NCBI RefSeq assembly: GCF_009914755.1
Contig: NC_060930.1
Length of the DNA: 64,000 nt
Reading direction: 5' to 3' (one strand)
Source of the DNA: the human T2T-CHM13v2.0 reference genome, Homo sapiens
The number at the start of each line of letters is the position of its first letter. Position 1 is the first letter of the stretch. Below the pieces are notes generated by a model. That model was not told the DNA's origin. It saw nothing but the letters and a program-made list of their open reading frames with translations, and made no database searches. The position numbers were made by a program, and so were the translations under genes. Shown one piece after another: positions 38,587 to 53,744 of the stretch.

Positions 38587-40519
38587 GGCTCCTTCCTTCT
38601 GACTTCCAAAGCCAGGCCCTTCCCCAAAACAGCTCTCAGGAAGGGGACCAGAAATAGCTGCTCAGAGGGCTTGGTGACTGGTGACTGCTACTTTTATTTT
38701 CAGCTGGGGGCGAAGCCTGAATGTAAATAATGGAGCCCAGGCAGCAGTGTTGTGGCCAGAGGGGGTTTCAAGGTAAGAAGGACACCAGGCCCCAGCAAAG
38801 GCCCTCCCCATGCGGCTGCTCCAGAGTGAGCTGGGTGCGGGACACACGAGGGCTGGGCTGGCTCCAGCTGGATCTGGGACTGCACAGAGGGCCAGGCCTA
38901 GTTCCCGTCACCTGTCACCCCTGCCCCATCTGCTCCTGCGTGTGACCCCGCTCCCCAGCTCATCAGTCTCCAGCCCCTCAACACACTCCCGGCTTTACAA
39001 CCCTTGGCAGCCCCCAGTGTGTGTGTGTGTGTGACCCTGAGCGCCTGCCTCTTCTCCCAGGAGGGTCTCCCTGATGCACCCAGTGAATTTGGATTTACTG
39101 CAACATCCAGGACTGCCCCGGTCCCCACCAGGATCCACCCATCTGGCCACATCTGTGCCCCCAACAGGCCTCTGCACATGCTGCTCCCTCTGCCAGGAGC
39201 ACCCCCACCTCAGCTGCTCAGCCACCCTCTAGCTCCCCACCCAGTTCTTCCCTGGCTGGACTGCATTTATCTCCCTGGGGTCTTTCTGCCTGGGGCCTTA
39301 CAGAGCCCAGGACACGTGCGGGGCCTGCCCAGGACGGCGGTAATCCACACTTGCTGGACGAATGGAGAACTGAGTTCCTGACTGACGGGGTTTTGAAGGG
39401 ACAGCTCGGCAGGAGCTGCCAGCATGGGCGTGAGGGCAGAGGCTCTGTAGGAGTTGGAGGTGAACACTCGCACCTGCTCACACGCTCCCATCCCCTCGGT
39501 GACCTCCCCTCTGAGCTGCCACCTCCTTACATGCACAGCCACTGGACACCCCATTTGAGCCTGGCATCTACTTTGCTCTGGTCCACAGTGATACTCTGTG
39601 CTCAGCGTCCACACGCGTGGGGTGGGTACCCACGTGCACCTGGACGTCTCCCTCCGTCCTGCCTTCTGCTGGGATTTTACTTTCTCCACCAAGACATCAA
39701 TTCCTTATCATGAGTGCTCAGGAAATCGGCCTGCAAAGGATGAGCAAGTGAAGAAAGGTGCATGCTGGCTGTGCAAAGGCACCGGGTCACAAGGGCCCTG
39801 CCTGAAGACAGGTGACTCAGTTGATAGTTTAAACTCCACCCGATAGGGCTAGTGTGAGGGCCCAGTGTAGTGGTGTTTGTGCAGGTCTGCCCCCTGGAGC
39901 CAACACCTCTGGGGAGCGGGTAAGGCCTAGTGGGGTGGGGCTGCTGAGGCAGGAGGGCAGGAGCTCGGAGGACAGGGGCCTCATCACTTAGCCAGGCCAG
40001 GACCCAGGACCCAGGGCTGGGGAGGTCTACAGCTGGGCGGGGGGACCAGGGCACCAGGATTATCCAAGGCAGCACACACATCCTTTCCCTCCTGAAGGCT
40101 CTCAGCACCCCCACCACACCCCCGCCACACCCCCAGCCACACACACACACACACACACACACGGCAATGCACACCCTTACAAAATCACATACTACACACC
40201 ACCACAAGCTCACAAAGTTTCACGGTCACACACGCTCACCAGGGACACAGCTCCCATCACACTTATGGACCCACTAAGAACCTCGTACAGCCTCATAGCC
40301 ACAAAGATGGGCACAGGGCCATACGCACACACTGACAGAGTCACAGATCCCATAGTCCCACAGCCACACAGGCTCACCCAGTCATCACACAGCCTCGCAC
40401 AAACACACACACTACACCCAATCCCATCACATCCTCCACATACACACCCACAAACCCGGGCACGCAAGTCATGTAAATCCCCAACCTCACACATATTTGC
40501 ATCCAATTATAATTTCAGA

Positions 40520-43500
40520 CAACCCCTAGCCACACACAGACACACACCTATACATCACCACACAGATACACACCACACATACCCACACATCACCACACAC
40601 ATACACACACATCACCACAGAGATACACACCACACACACACATCACCACAGAGATACACACCACACACACACATCACACAGATAAACACCGCACCACACA
40701 CACACATCACCACACAGATACACACCACACACATCACATGGATAAACACCACACAGACACACACATCACCACACAGATACACACCACACACACACATCAC
40801 CACAGAGATACACACCACAAACACACACACATCACCACACACATACACACCACACATACCCACACATCACCACACGGATACACACCATACACACATCACA
40901 CAGATAAACACCACACACACACACACATCACCACACAGATACAGACCACACACACACACATCACCACAGAGATACACACCACAAGCACACAACATATCAC
41001 CACATAGATACACACCACACACACACATCACCACATACACACCACACATATACACACCACAGAGATACACACCACAAACACACACATCACCACATACACA
41101 CCACCACATACACACCACACACAGACACACACACAACACACAGATACACACCACAGAGATACACACCACAAACACACCCCCACACATCACCACACAGATA
41201 CACACCACACACACACATCACCACACAGATACATACCACACACACATCACCACAGATACACACCACACCCCCACACATCACACAGATACACACCACACAC
41301 ACATATCACCACACAGATACACACCACACCCCCACACACCACACAGATACACACCACACAGATACACACCGAAGACGCACCCCCAAACATCACCACACAA
41401 ATACACACCACACACAGACACACACATCACCACATAGATACATGCCACATACACATATCACCACAGATACACACCACACACACATTACCACACAAATACA
41501 CACCACACACACGACCACACACACACACAAACACACATCGCCACACAGATACACACCACACACACATAATCACCACACATACATGCCACACACACATCAC
41601 CACACAGATACACACCACACACACAATCACCAGATACACACCACACACCCCTACACATGACTACAGTACACTACACACCACACACAGACACACACATCAC
41701 CACAGATACATACCGCACACACGCCCTTACATCATCACACAGATACACAATCACACACCACACAGATACACACCACACACACACATCACCACACAGATAC
41801 CATACACACACACCACTACACAGATACACACCACACACACACATCACCACACAGATACCATACACAGACACACACACCACTACACAGATACACGCCACAC
41901 ACAGATACACACATCACCGCACAGATACACAACACACACAGACACACAATCACTACCCACCAGATACACAGCACACACAGACACACACATATCACCACAC
42001 AGATACACACCACACACACACTCCCACACATAACCACAAAAATACACACCACACACAGACACACACACATCACCACAGATACATGCCACACACACCCATA
42101 TGTCACCACAGATACCACACACAGACACACAATCACCACCCACCACACAGATACACACCACACACAGACACACACATCACCACACAGATACACAGCACAC
42201 ACAGACACAGAATCACCACACACCACACAGATACACACCACACACAGACACACACATATCACCACACAGATACACAGCACACACAGACACACAATCACCA
42301 CACACCACACAGATACACACCACACACACACACACACATCACCACACAGATACACACCACACACACACTCCCACACATCACAAAAATACACACCACAGAC
42401 ACACACACATCACCACAGATACACGCCACACACACACCCATACGTCACCACAGATACCACACAAAGACACACAATCACCACCCACCACAGATACACACCA
42501 CACAGACACACATCACCACACAGATACATACCACACACACCCATACATCACCACACAGATACACACCACACACACCCATTCATCAGCACACAGACGCACA
42601 CCACACACAATCACCACACACCACACAGATACACACCATGCACACACATCACCACACAGATATAAACCACACACAACCATACATCACCACACAGATATAC
42701 AGCACACATAGACACACAATCACCACTCACCACACAGATACACACCACACACAGACAGCACCACACAGATACAAACCACACACACAACCATACATCAACA
42801 CACAGCTACACAGCACACACAGACACACACATATCACCACACAGATACACACCACACACACACTCCCACACATCACCACAAAAATACACACCACACACAG
42901 ACACACACACCTATCACCACAGATACATGCCACACACACACCCATACATCACCACAGATACCACACACAGACACACAATCACCACCCACCACAGATACAC
43001 ACCACACATAGACACACATCACCACACAGATACACACCACACACACCCATACATCACCACACAGATACACACCACACACAGACACACAATCACCACAAAC
43101 CACACAGATGCACACCACACACACACATCACACAGATACACAGCACACACAGACACACGATCACCACACATCACACAGATACCACACACACATCACACAG
43201 ATACACACCACACACACATCACCACATGGATGCACACCACACACACATCCTTACATCACCACACAGATACACAGCACACACACACACACCCTTACATCAC
43301 CACACAGATACACAGCACACACACACACACCACACGCCACACACATACCACCATACAGATACACACCCACACACATCACACAGATACAAACCACACACAC
43401 ACATCACCACATAGATACCCCACACACAGACTCACACATCACCACACAGATACACAACACACACACATATCACACAGATACAGACCACACACACACACAC

Positions 43501-45165
43501 ACACACCACCGCATAGATACACACCACACACACACACATCACCACATAGATACACACCACACACACACACATCACCATACAGATACGCACCACACACACA
43601 TATCACCACAGATTACACACCACACCCACACAATCACCACACACCACACAGATACACACCACACACAGACCCAAACACATCACCACACATATACACACCA
43701 CACACAACCACACATCACCACACAGATACACACCACACACACAATCACCACACAGATGCACACCCACACATCATCACACAGATACCACACACACATCACC
43801 ACAGATACATACACACAATCACCACACAGATACACACCACACACATGCATCACCACACAGATACATACCACACACACACATCACAGATACACACCACACA
43901 CACACATCACCACAGATACACACCACACACACACATCACCACACAGATACACACCACACACATGACCATACAGATACACACCACACACACACATCACCAC
44001 ACAGATACACACCACACACACACACACACATCACCACAGACACACACCCACACACCACCACACAAATACACATTACACAAACACCCACACATCACACAAA
44101 CACACATCACCAAATACATGCCACACACACACATCACCACATAGATACCCCACACACAGACTCACACATCACCACACAGATACACAACACACACACATAT
44201 CACACAGATACAGACCACACACACACACAATCACCACATAGATACACACCACACACACACACACATCACCACATAGATACACACCACACACACATCACCA
44301 TACAGATACACACCACACACACATCTCCACACATTACCATACAAATATACGCCATCCACACACACCCACACATCACCACACAGATACACACCACAGACAC
44401 ATAATCACCACACACCACACAGACACACACATCACCACACAGATACACACCACACACACCCCCATACATCACCACACAGATACACACCACGCACCACACA
44501 GATACACACCACACACACCCACACATCACCACACAGATACATACCACACACACACACAATCACCACACACCACCACACAGGTACAAACCCACAAATCACC
44601 ACACAGATACACACCCCACACAGACACATGCACATACATCACACACACACCACACACACACATCGCCACACAGACACACACCCACATCACCACACAGCTA
44701 CATACCACACACACACACCACCACACATCACCACACAGATGCACAACACACACCCACACATCACCACACAGACACACACACACACATCATCAGATACACA
44801 CCACATGCACGTCACCACACAGATACCACACACACGTCATCGGATACACACCACGCACACGTCACCACACAGATACCACACACACGTCACCACACAGATA
44901 CCACACACACATCCACACATCACCACACAGATACACACCACACACACACACTCACACTTCACCAGATTCACACCCCCACACAGATAACACCATACACATC
45001 ACTACACACAGATACACACACAGTCACATACACACCACACACACACACACACCATCATACCACACACAGAAACACATCCACACATCACCATACACAGTCA
45101 GATACGCACCACACACAAATACACATAACCACACACAGAGTCACAAATACACCACACACAGACAC
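40520..45165. repeat. ~4.6-kb complex CA-rich minisatellite (core ~CATCACCACACAGATACACACCACACACACA) with higher-order repeats
   Basis: Directly visible; ~99 identical bp at 43401 and 44131 (730-bp offset). Confidence 0.97.
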
Positions 45166-46065
45166 AGGTAACCCTGGACAGTCACATATAACAAGCCTGC
45201 CTGACCATGGCCAACCCTGCTCCATTAAGCACAAGCAGGCGGTGCCCACCGTGAAGCATCCACACCCCCACCCTCACACTGCCTGGTGGCTCTCACACAG
45301 TCACCGCACGTGAACAAAGCACCCCTCCAGCCCATCTCTTCTTAACTGAGAAACGCCTCCTTGCTGAGTCTCCCCAGTGAATGCCCCAATTAGCCTGAAT
45401 CCTTTCCCACGGAGGCCCTGCGAGGCCCTAGCATGCACCAGGGGCTGGCAGAAGCTCACACCCCTCACACTGCTTGGGGGCCCAGCCACACCTCAGCACC
45501 ATTAGCACCTCCTCCCTTGGCCTGGTCCTCACTGGCTGGGGTGACCATGGAGGGGCCTATGGTCCAGCAACTGGATGGAGGGGATGGCACGGCTATTCAT
45601 GGAGCGGCTCTGTGGCCAGAACATTAAGGCAAAGCCCTCCTCTTGCCTCTGAAACCCCACCTCTGCCACCAGGCTCTCCATTCCTGCCCATCCCTTCCCC
45701 TGCCAGGAGAACGGGGCTGGATCTCGAGGTGCAGGGGCGCCGATGGGGAAGAAGAGGGGGACACAGACATACGACAGCCAGACTAGTGTGATATGAGGAA
45801 GCGGAGTCTGGGCACAGACAGGGGCATGTCCCATCTCAACCACCTACTGCTTCGTGATGAAAGCCACGTTGCCCACTCTCCAACCCTCCATTTCCCCATC
45901 TGTGAAATGGGATGGTATGAACCCTGTCCCCGAGACATAGCAGGGTTGCGGTGAGGATTAGAGCGGATTGCCCGTGGACAGGGTCAGCCCCTAGGGGATA
46001 TTTTGGGGTGTGGAGGAGGATGCAGGCCTTGGAGGACCTGCCAGGGCAGCTGTGAGGCTCAACAT

Positions 46066-46265
46066 CTCAGAGCTGAGCCCTTCTGCCCCCTACCAGGAGG
46101 CTGCTGGGCAGCGCAGGCAGTGTGGCTCAGAGCTGAGCCCTGCCGTCCCCTGCCAGGAGAGGAGGCTGCTGGGCGGCGCAGGCAGTGTGGCTCAGAGCTG
46201 AGCCCTGCCGTCCCCTGCCAGGAGAGGAGGCCGCTGGGCAGCGCAAGCAGTGTGGCTCACAGCTG
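46066..46265. repeat. 60-65-bp GC-rich tandem repeat x3
   Basis: Copies start at 46066, 46126 and 46191 (CTCAGAGCTGAGCCC...GCAGTGTGG), with a partial copy at 46256. Confidence 0.93.
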
Positions 46266-47199
46266 CATTATTCATGGCGCTAGGCTCTGAGCAGAGGGAA
46301 ATTTGCTGAGTGATCGACTTAATATCTCAACACAAACCCACTTAGGCAAAACACCTTTGAAGCGAGAAAGGCGGAAAAATAATAGAAAAGGGAAGCCGTG
46401 GTGTTTGGAGGCAGATGGTGGCAGGAGGGGCCTGGATGGGGCAGGACACAAAGAGATGGCTGGTTCCTGGCCCCCACCAAAAGCCCCCCAGAGGTCCCTA
46501 CCCCAGGTCAACCCACCCAGGCCCTACTGTCCCCCACCCTCAGTGGCTGTACCCAGCATTCACTGATGAGGGAATCCCACCCATTTCTTGGGTTCAGTTC
46601 ATGAAGGGAAGGGAGTCTGCTCAAGGCTTGCACAGCGTCAGAGGCCAACCAGGAGCCAGACCCAAGACTGCTGAGTGTGGGACAGGGTCCCTACCGAGGT
46701 CATGCCCTGGTCTGACCCGCGGGCAGTGCAGTGGGGCTGTGGCGAGCAGGGCCCTCAGCCTGACTGCATGGCTCTGTCCCCGCCTCAGGCCACGGTCAAG
46801 GCCGGGACACTGTGGAGTGTGGCTGAGGATACTGGAGGAGCCACTCACAGGACAAGGCCCCCAAGTTTCTTCCCACCTTCCCCAACTCCAGTGACACCCT
46901 GGTGGAGGAGGTCATAAATCGCTTTCCAGTCCTCTCCTCCGCCTCACTTCACCTCTACCACAGCAGGACCACTTTCTCCAACTCAGCCAGAACGTTCCCC
47001 TCTAGACCTTTCCCAGTACTGGTCCCTCTGCCAGAAATGCCCTTCTCACGTCTCTATCTGCCCAACCCCATCCAGCCCTAGGGCCCCACTTCTCTGCCTC
47101 TTCCCCCATGAAATATCCCAGCCCTTTCCTGCAGTGGGAGCTCATCGTGCCCGTCTGCTCCTCTCCACTGGCACTTGCCATCCTCCACTTTGTGCTGTG

Positions 47200-47410
47200 G
47201 TCAGTTTTGGAACTGGCCTGCTTCAGGTTCAAATCCCAGCTCTGCTACTTCTTAGCTGTGTGACTTTGGACAAGTTCCTTAATCTCTCTGAGCCTTATCT
47301 CCACATAACAAAGTGTGAAGAATAAGCAAGTTAATATACATAAGGTGCTTAGAACAGTTCCTGGCACATTAGTGCTCAGGAAGTGTTTATTATTATTATA
47401 CTCTTATTGT
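47200..47410 (+). mobile_element. MIR SINE
   Basis: GGTTCAAATCCCAGCTCTGCTACTTCTTAGCTGTGTGACTTTGGACAAGTT..CTTAATCTCTCTGAGCCT. Confidence 0.85.
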
Positions 47411-50400
47411 TGGTTTCCTCCATCAGCCCATGAGCCGCTTCAAGGGCAGACTGTGTCTTTCCCATTTCTAACCACCCCGTTTCCATGCTCAACCGACGAT
47501 AGCGGAAATGAACCTAGTTTCTGACAATGTTGTCTCCCCAGCCTATTCACCCCAGATACCCTGGGAATGGGAGCCAGCGCTGGGCTAGTGGCAGAGACCC
47601 TGTGTTGGGGCAGAGAGAGGCATGGGGAAGATGACCTCGTCAGCTCCACTCCATGGCAGGAGCCGAGGCACAGTCAGGCCAGCAGTTGGGCCTGGCCAGG
47701 GTTATAGGCCAGCAGCTGGGCATGTGGCTTGGCCAGAGAAGAACAGACAGTGCAGGCTGGGATGAAATATTTAGGAGCCCACATCCCTTGGAAGTGGAAA
47801 CTGAAAAGCAAAATGAAATGCTGAGATGTAATTACCCAGGCAGGCCAAGCATGTCTCCCTGCCAGAGGCAGGCTCGGTGCCCCCTCCCACCCACCCCACC
47901 GCCACAAGTAGGCGTTGGGTAATGAAGTCCCCCTGGACCCTTCTCCTGAGCTAGCCCTTGCCCCTCCTCTTCAGGCCAGGCTAGGAGCAAGGGGTGGCAA
48001 AGAGCCCGGCTCTGGCTCCCGCAGGCCACTCCTTTTGGTGGCAGAACAGCAAGAAATACAGAAAACCGGGGGCTGGGTCAAGCCCCAGCACTGGATATAA
48101 CCAGACAATCCCTTCACTCCACCAAGCTTCCTCAGCTGGAAAATGGGGCTGCTGGCCCACACCGGGGAGGAGGGACCAAGAAGATGGATGTGAGAGCTCC
48201 GTCAGCTGGCCTTGGTGGAGGGGGTGGTAACAGGATGCCTTCCCAAAGTGAGCAGGACAGCAGGGACCAGCCTCACCCAGGGCAGCAGGAGAGGCTTCTT
48301 GAGACACAGGCCTGTGGGGACTCAGGTTGGCGAAGCTGATGGACAGATGCTGGGGGCTGGGGCCCAGGGCCCAGATGTGAGCCTTGAGCTGAAGAAGTCC
48401 CCACCCCACCCCAGAAAACTTCCCCAGGCTCTTAGCACTGTTGGGAAAAGGCTTGGAGCCTCAACGCTTGGGGGCTTGCTTGGCTAGATGGGGGACATGG
48501 GGGGTGGAAGACAGGAACCAGGTAGGGAGGGAAAGGGGATTCCAGGCTTGGATCCTGGGAGCAGCCTTGAGTAGGGTCAGGAGAGCCTTGGGGAGCAAGG
48601 GCAAGGGGCAGGGCCTCTTCCTGTATGCTGGAGCTGGAGCTGGGGGAGGGGTGGGTAGCCTCTGCAAGTTTTTCTCAACAGACATTTGGAGTGGGACAGC
48701 TTTTCACAGTGTGGGACTGTCCCGTGTTACAGTGCAAGGGACTAGACGCTCAAGTCATTGTGATAATCCAAAGTGCCCCACATATTTCCCCACATGTCCC
48801 ACATGTCCCCAGAGGTAGGGTGCAGCTGTCCAGAGTTGAAAGCTCCTTTCTGATCTAAACCAGAGAGGGGCCAGGATTTGCCCGAGGCTGACCAGCACAT
48901 GCTGCTCTCACACATTCTGCCCAGGCCCCTCTCAGGCTGGCTCCGGAGCCCCAGATAGCTCAGCGTCCCTGGGGCAGGTCCAGCCACACCTGGTAGCAGC
49001 CAGCTGACCCCTCAGGCCCTAATTCACGGCGCACCTCCACTCCTGTCGACACCATCTTTCCAGACCACAGCCCCACACCTGCCACACAAACCTCAGCCTA
49101 CCCAGCCTGGCCCTTACAACTTTCCACCAAAACTCTAGTCCCACCTGGTCACTCCCATCCCTCACACCTTCAGTGGCTCTCACCTCCCTCAGGGCCAAGT
49201 CCAATCCTCAGCCCTGTCCTGAGGCCCTGCAGGACTGACTTCATCCACCCCCAGCCTCCTCTCCCACCCCCAACTCTAACAGCACCTGCAGTTTCCAACA
49301 TACATCAGAGCCTTTAGTCAGACTCTTTGCTCTGCCTTTGATGTCTGATTCACCTTCCCAGACTCTTTTCTTCAAGTCAGCTCCATCTGTTCTTAAGGAT
49401 TCAGCTCGGGCCTCCTCCTCCAGGAAGCCTTTATGGGTATCCCCAAGCTCCTCCTCCCCTGGGCGCCTATAACAATCTCAATGTCTCAATCACTGCACTT
49501 CGCACAGTGAATGAAAGTTACGGGACTAGATGCCTCTGTGCCCACCAGCCTCTGACTCCAGCAGTGGCCACTGCTGGGCCCTGGATCCACACACTGCCAG
49601 GCACAGAGCAGTCACTGTCACTGACTCAGCAACCTCCAGTGCCAGGAGCTGTCCTAGATTCTGTGGGTACAGCCTGGAATAGGACAGATAAGCCTGCCCT
49701 CGTGGAGCTGACATCCATCTATGAAGCCAACAATAGGGATGAAAGAATGAACAAATGAATGAACATGCTAGGTGGTTAATTAACTAACATTTGACCTATT
49801 GTCCGGAAGGTTCCCGGACCCATCTCCAGCTCCTGTTCCTCTGCGCTTCCTGTCTTCCCCTACTCTCTCCTGCCCACCTTCTGCTTCTTCTCTGTCTCCC
49901 CCCAAATACACACTCTCTTCGATCATTGCACAGCCCCTCATGTTCACACAGCACTCCCAGTAGAGTAACCTTTCTACGTGTTGTCTCCTGAGCTCCTTCC
50001 AGTCCACCCAGGTCCTAGGTATGATGACCATTTTACAGATAAGGAAACCAAGCCCCACCAGCCAGAGCCCAGTGCTGCGGTCCACACCTTCCCTTCTTCC
50101 ACCCCGTCTTCTTCCCCACCTCCACCTTTCTATCTCACCGTCCTCTCTGCTTCCTGCCTTCTGGGTTGACCTGACAAGTGGCCTCTGCTCTCTCAGCCTG
50201 TTTCCTACCTGTGAAATGGGGTGGGCATGGAGGCTCAGGGAGATGGTCACAGGGCCTCCACTGTCCCCTGTCCCGCACCCCTCCGCAGCCCCTACTGCGT
50301 GGCCCTCTGTTCACTCTCCGCCCTCCCTCCCTCCTCTCCTCTTACTTGTCACTTTGTCCTGCTTCCTCTCCTCCCCATATCCCAAGGCCTCCCTGGGGCC

Positions 50401-51419
50401 CCAAGCCGTCTGCAAGAGTCGTTAGCTTTCCTTCTGGCTCATTAAAAAGCAGAATTTGCATAGAATATCCATATGATCATTCTGTCTACCGCAAAATGGG
50501 GCACAGATATAATGGGGCAGCATGTAAGTGAGGGAGAGAGGAAAGGACGGTCACAACGGGAGGCTGGGAGAGGCCCAGGCGCACCCCCAGGTCTGAGGCC
50601 TCAGAGGCAGCCCCTCACTCCCTCCAGCTCTCACTAGGCCTTTCTGTTGGCTAATTCCTATCTCTGTAATTCTTACAATAACCAGCAAAGTCGGAATACA
50701 GTTGTCCCCATACTACAGGTGGAGAAACCAAGAGCCAGTGAGGAACAGTGGCTCATCCATGGACACAAGGCAAGTCCAGCAGGCCGGGGAAAGCGCTCTC
50801 TGCCAGGGCCAGCCCACCCGCCTCACGTCACCTGCTGCTCTTTCAGGAAGGCTGCCCCTCCTTACTCTCAGAAGGCAGGCACGCAGCCAGGACACCCTCC
50901 CACCACCCTGAGATAGGACCACCTCCCCTGGAGGTCTCTCCCATCACTGCTCCTCAAGGCAGCCTCCCTTCCCCCACTCCTGCCTGGCCTTCCCATCCCT
51001 GCAACAACAGTTTAGCCAGAGACACAAGAGATTTTTGGAGACAACTGCTTCAAACCTCTCGTCCCAGCTTCATCGTTGCATTCAGACCTGCCTTGTCCCA
51101 AAAAGAATTTGCAGCAGTGCCCAGAAATAAACATGTATATAGCTAAAAAAGAAACTGGTAACAAAACCAAGGGAAGAGACTGCACTTCACAGATGAGGCC
51201 CCACTCAGCATCCATAAGACTTGCCCAGAAAGGAGCCCTTGGTTGGGCTGGAGCCAACCAGGACTTCCCAGAGCAGCTGACCTTGGGGCAGACTCACCGT
51301 CCATGGTATTGAAGCCAGGAGTGCCGTGCCTGGCCCCGCAACCCCTCATCCTCCAGCCCTCTGGCCACAGGCAACCCAGAAGCAAGGCTGGTGGGCCCAG
51401 ACTTCAAATAAACCCCAAA

Positions 51420-52145
51420 TCTGTCCCTTCTTACCACCCCCACCCTTGGTCCAGGCCATTGTCACCTCTTGCCTGGACTACAGTGGCCTCCACACTGGCC
51501 CAGGGCTCCACTCTATTCCCTGCACAACAGCCAGAGGGATCTCGACCCTCCTCTGCTCCTGACCCTCCAACGGCTCCCAGCTCACCCAGAACAAAAGCCA
51601 AAGTCCCCACAGGCCCCCCCAGGGCCCCATGCAATTTGCCCTCCTCCAGCCGTATGTCTCCCTGCCTCACTCATTCTGCCCCTGCCTCCTGGTTATTCTC
51701 CAAATGCCGGGCAGGCACCACCTCAGGGCCTTTGCACATGCCAGTTCCCCTGCCTGGGGCCCTCTTCCCACAGATCTCCACCTGGCTAATGCCCTCGCTG
51801 CAGCTGGGGATCTGCCAAAAGTCACCCCTGCAGAAAGCCAGGGTGAGGACCGAAAGGCCGTCAACCTTGCAGGGAAGAGTCTCCCTTACTTGCCCCTCTC
51901 TGTCCACTTACACTGCTTTGTTCCTCTTCAGAGCAGCATCTTTCACAGCTGGTATCTCAAATTATAATTATACAGTGATGTGTTTGCTTATTCACTGGAA
52001 GCTCCTCCTGCCCTTTCCCCAAGTGTGAGCCCCACAAGGCCAGGAGCTTCATCTGCTTAGTCCACGGCCGTACCCCAGTGTCCTGGTCCAATGCCTGGCA
52101 CATAGTCAGTGCTCAATAAATATTCATTCTGCAGATGAATAAATT
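51420..52145 (+). mobile_element. L2 LINE 3' end
   Basis: CCTGGACTAC..CCTCAGGGCCTTTGCACATGC..TGCCTGGCACATAGTCAGTGCTCAATAAATATT. Confidence 0.8.
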
Positions 52146-52421
52146 ACTGTGGAGGAAAGGGATGCAAAGGCTGGAGGGCAGAAGGAAAAAAATGGCCACG
52201 CCCCTCCTCACCAGCCATACCCCTGGGGCAAGTCTGTGGGATTGGGAGGCCCGGGTCCCACCTTCTGAGTCCCTGAAAGTCCCAGAAGCATGAGGGGAGC
52301 CAGCACCAGAGGAGTGGCTGCCAGGGGATTCAGCCCTCCCAGACCACTTTCAGAAAGGGGCCGTCACAGCTCATACTTGGTCACGCAGGAGTCACACGTG
52401 ACTTGAGGGATCCTGATCCAC

Positions 52422-52429
52422 TTCTCTCT

Positions 52430-52460
<31 letters not shown>

Positions 52461-52494
52461 TACACATACATATACACACACACACACACACACA
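52422..52494. repeat. (CT)n(CA)n compound microsatellite
   Basis: Directly visible. Confidence 0.9.
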
Positions 52495-53615
52495 ACCCTT
52501 ACCATGCCAAGGTCTTCCAAGCCTCAGACCAGGTGGCGAAACCAGGGACCCTTTGAGATTACCCTGCCCCCATCCCTACCTCTTTCCTCCCTAGCCCTAG
52601 AACTGCTGGCCTCTATGGGGCAGGGCCTTCTGAGGCCTGCCCATCTGACAAGCCCACCAATGCTTCCCTGGGGAAGGCCAGATGAAGGGAACCAAATTCT
52701 CCACTTAAAAGGAGGACTCAGTCTTCCCACCTTCGAGCTCCAGAGCAAGGGCCAGTTTCGGAGTCATGCAGAACTGGCTACAAAGCCCAGCTCTGCCCTG
52801 ACAAGCTGGGAGGGCCCAGGCAAGCTCCTGGGCACCCTGGGCTGCAGTCACCTCCTCTAAAGTGGGGACAATGCTCAGGACTTCTGTGCAGGGGCTGAGG
52901 CTGGGGCCGGGGAGCAGCATCTGTCATGACAGTTCATGAACATGGCCTCAAAATGTGTGTATTACACACAAGGAGTCTCAGGGGTCTGTACACAGGCCAG
53001 GCCAGGCTGGCTGTGTGGCTGGCATGGGAGGCCAAGTCTCTTCAGGCTCAAGGGCTCTGGGAAGAAGGAAGAGGGACCAGGTTGGGGAACATGGAATATC
53101 AAGGCAGAAATGTCCGCATGCACCATTCGTGCCCAAATACATGAGCTCACTGAGGAAGGCACACAGTCCCTTTTTGGTCTTAGAAATGAAAAACCGGAGG
53201 CTCAGGGAGAAGTGAATCATGTACGGCCATACAGTGGTAGAGGGTGGGGCTGAGAGTGGGACGCAGGCTGCTGGACATCCCCGCCCCAGGGCACTTGGTG
53301 GGCCCATGTAGGCCTGAGGTGGGAAGCGCTGGGTGGTGAATGTGAGACAAGGAAGGAAACGGTGGGTTCACAGCGTCCCTCCAGGGATGCAGAGAAAAAG
53401 GCAGCTGGGGCTTATCTCAGCCACATCCCCAAGGAGCTCAGAGTGGGGGACTTGGAGTGCCAGGAACCCCACCCCAGCCAGGAAAGCAGGCAGAAGTCCA
53501 GGGTCAGCAAACAGGTGAAGACGCTTTCCTGAAGGTCAAGGCCCAAACCCGAGCTGGGGTGAGCAGGGCCGCAGGCTTCACCACTTGCCCTTTAGCCAAG
53601 GGAAGAAACTGGAAG

Positions 53616-53744
53616 GATCCCTGTCCAATGGGAGCCTGCGGGACAGATCCCTGTCCAATGGGAGCCTGCGGGACAGATCCCTGTCCAGTGGGAGCCTGCG
53701 GGACAGATCCCTGTCCAGTGGGAGCCTGGGGGACAGATCCCTGT
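53616..53744. repeat. 30-bp minisatellite (GATCCCTGTCCARTGGGAGCCTGCGGGACA) x4.3
   Basis: Copies start at 53616, 53646, 53676 and 53706, with a partial copy at 53736. Confidence 0.96.

Noticed and set aside
40265-44987. Long ORFs (390, 585, 405, 285 aa) rich in His/Thr
   Set aside because: CA-rich repeats rarely contain stop codons; all frames are open; no promoter or domain evidence.
53616-53744. CRISPR-like array (30-bp partly palindromic repeats)
   Set aside because: Units are head-to-tail with no unique spacers, there are no cas genes, and the context is a human intron.
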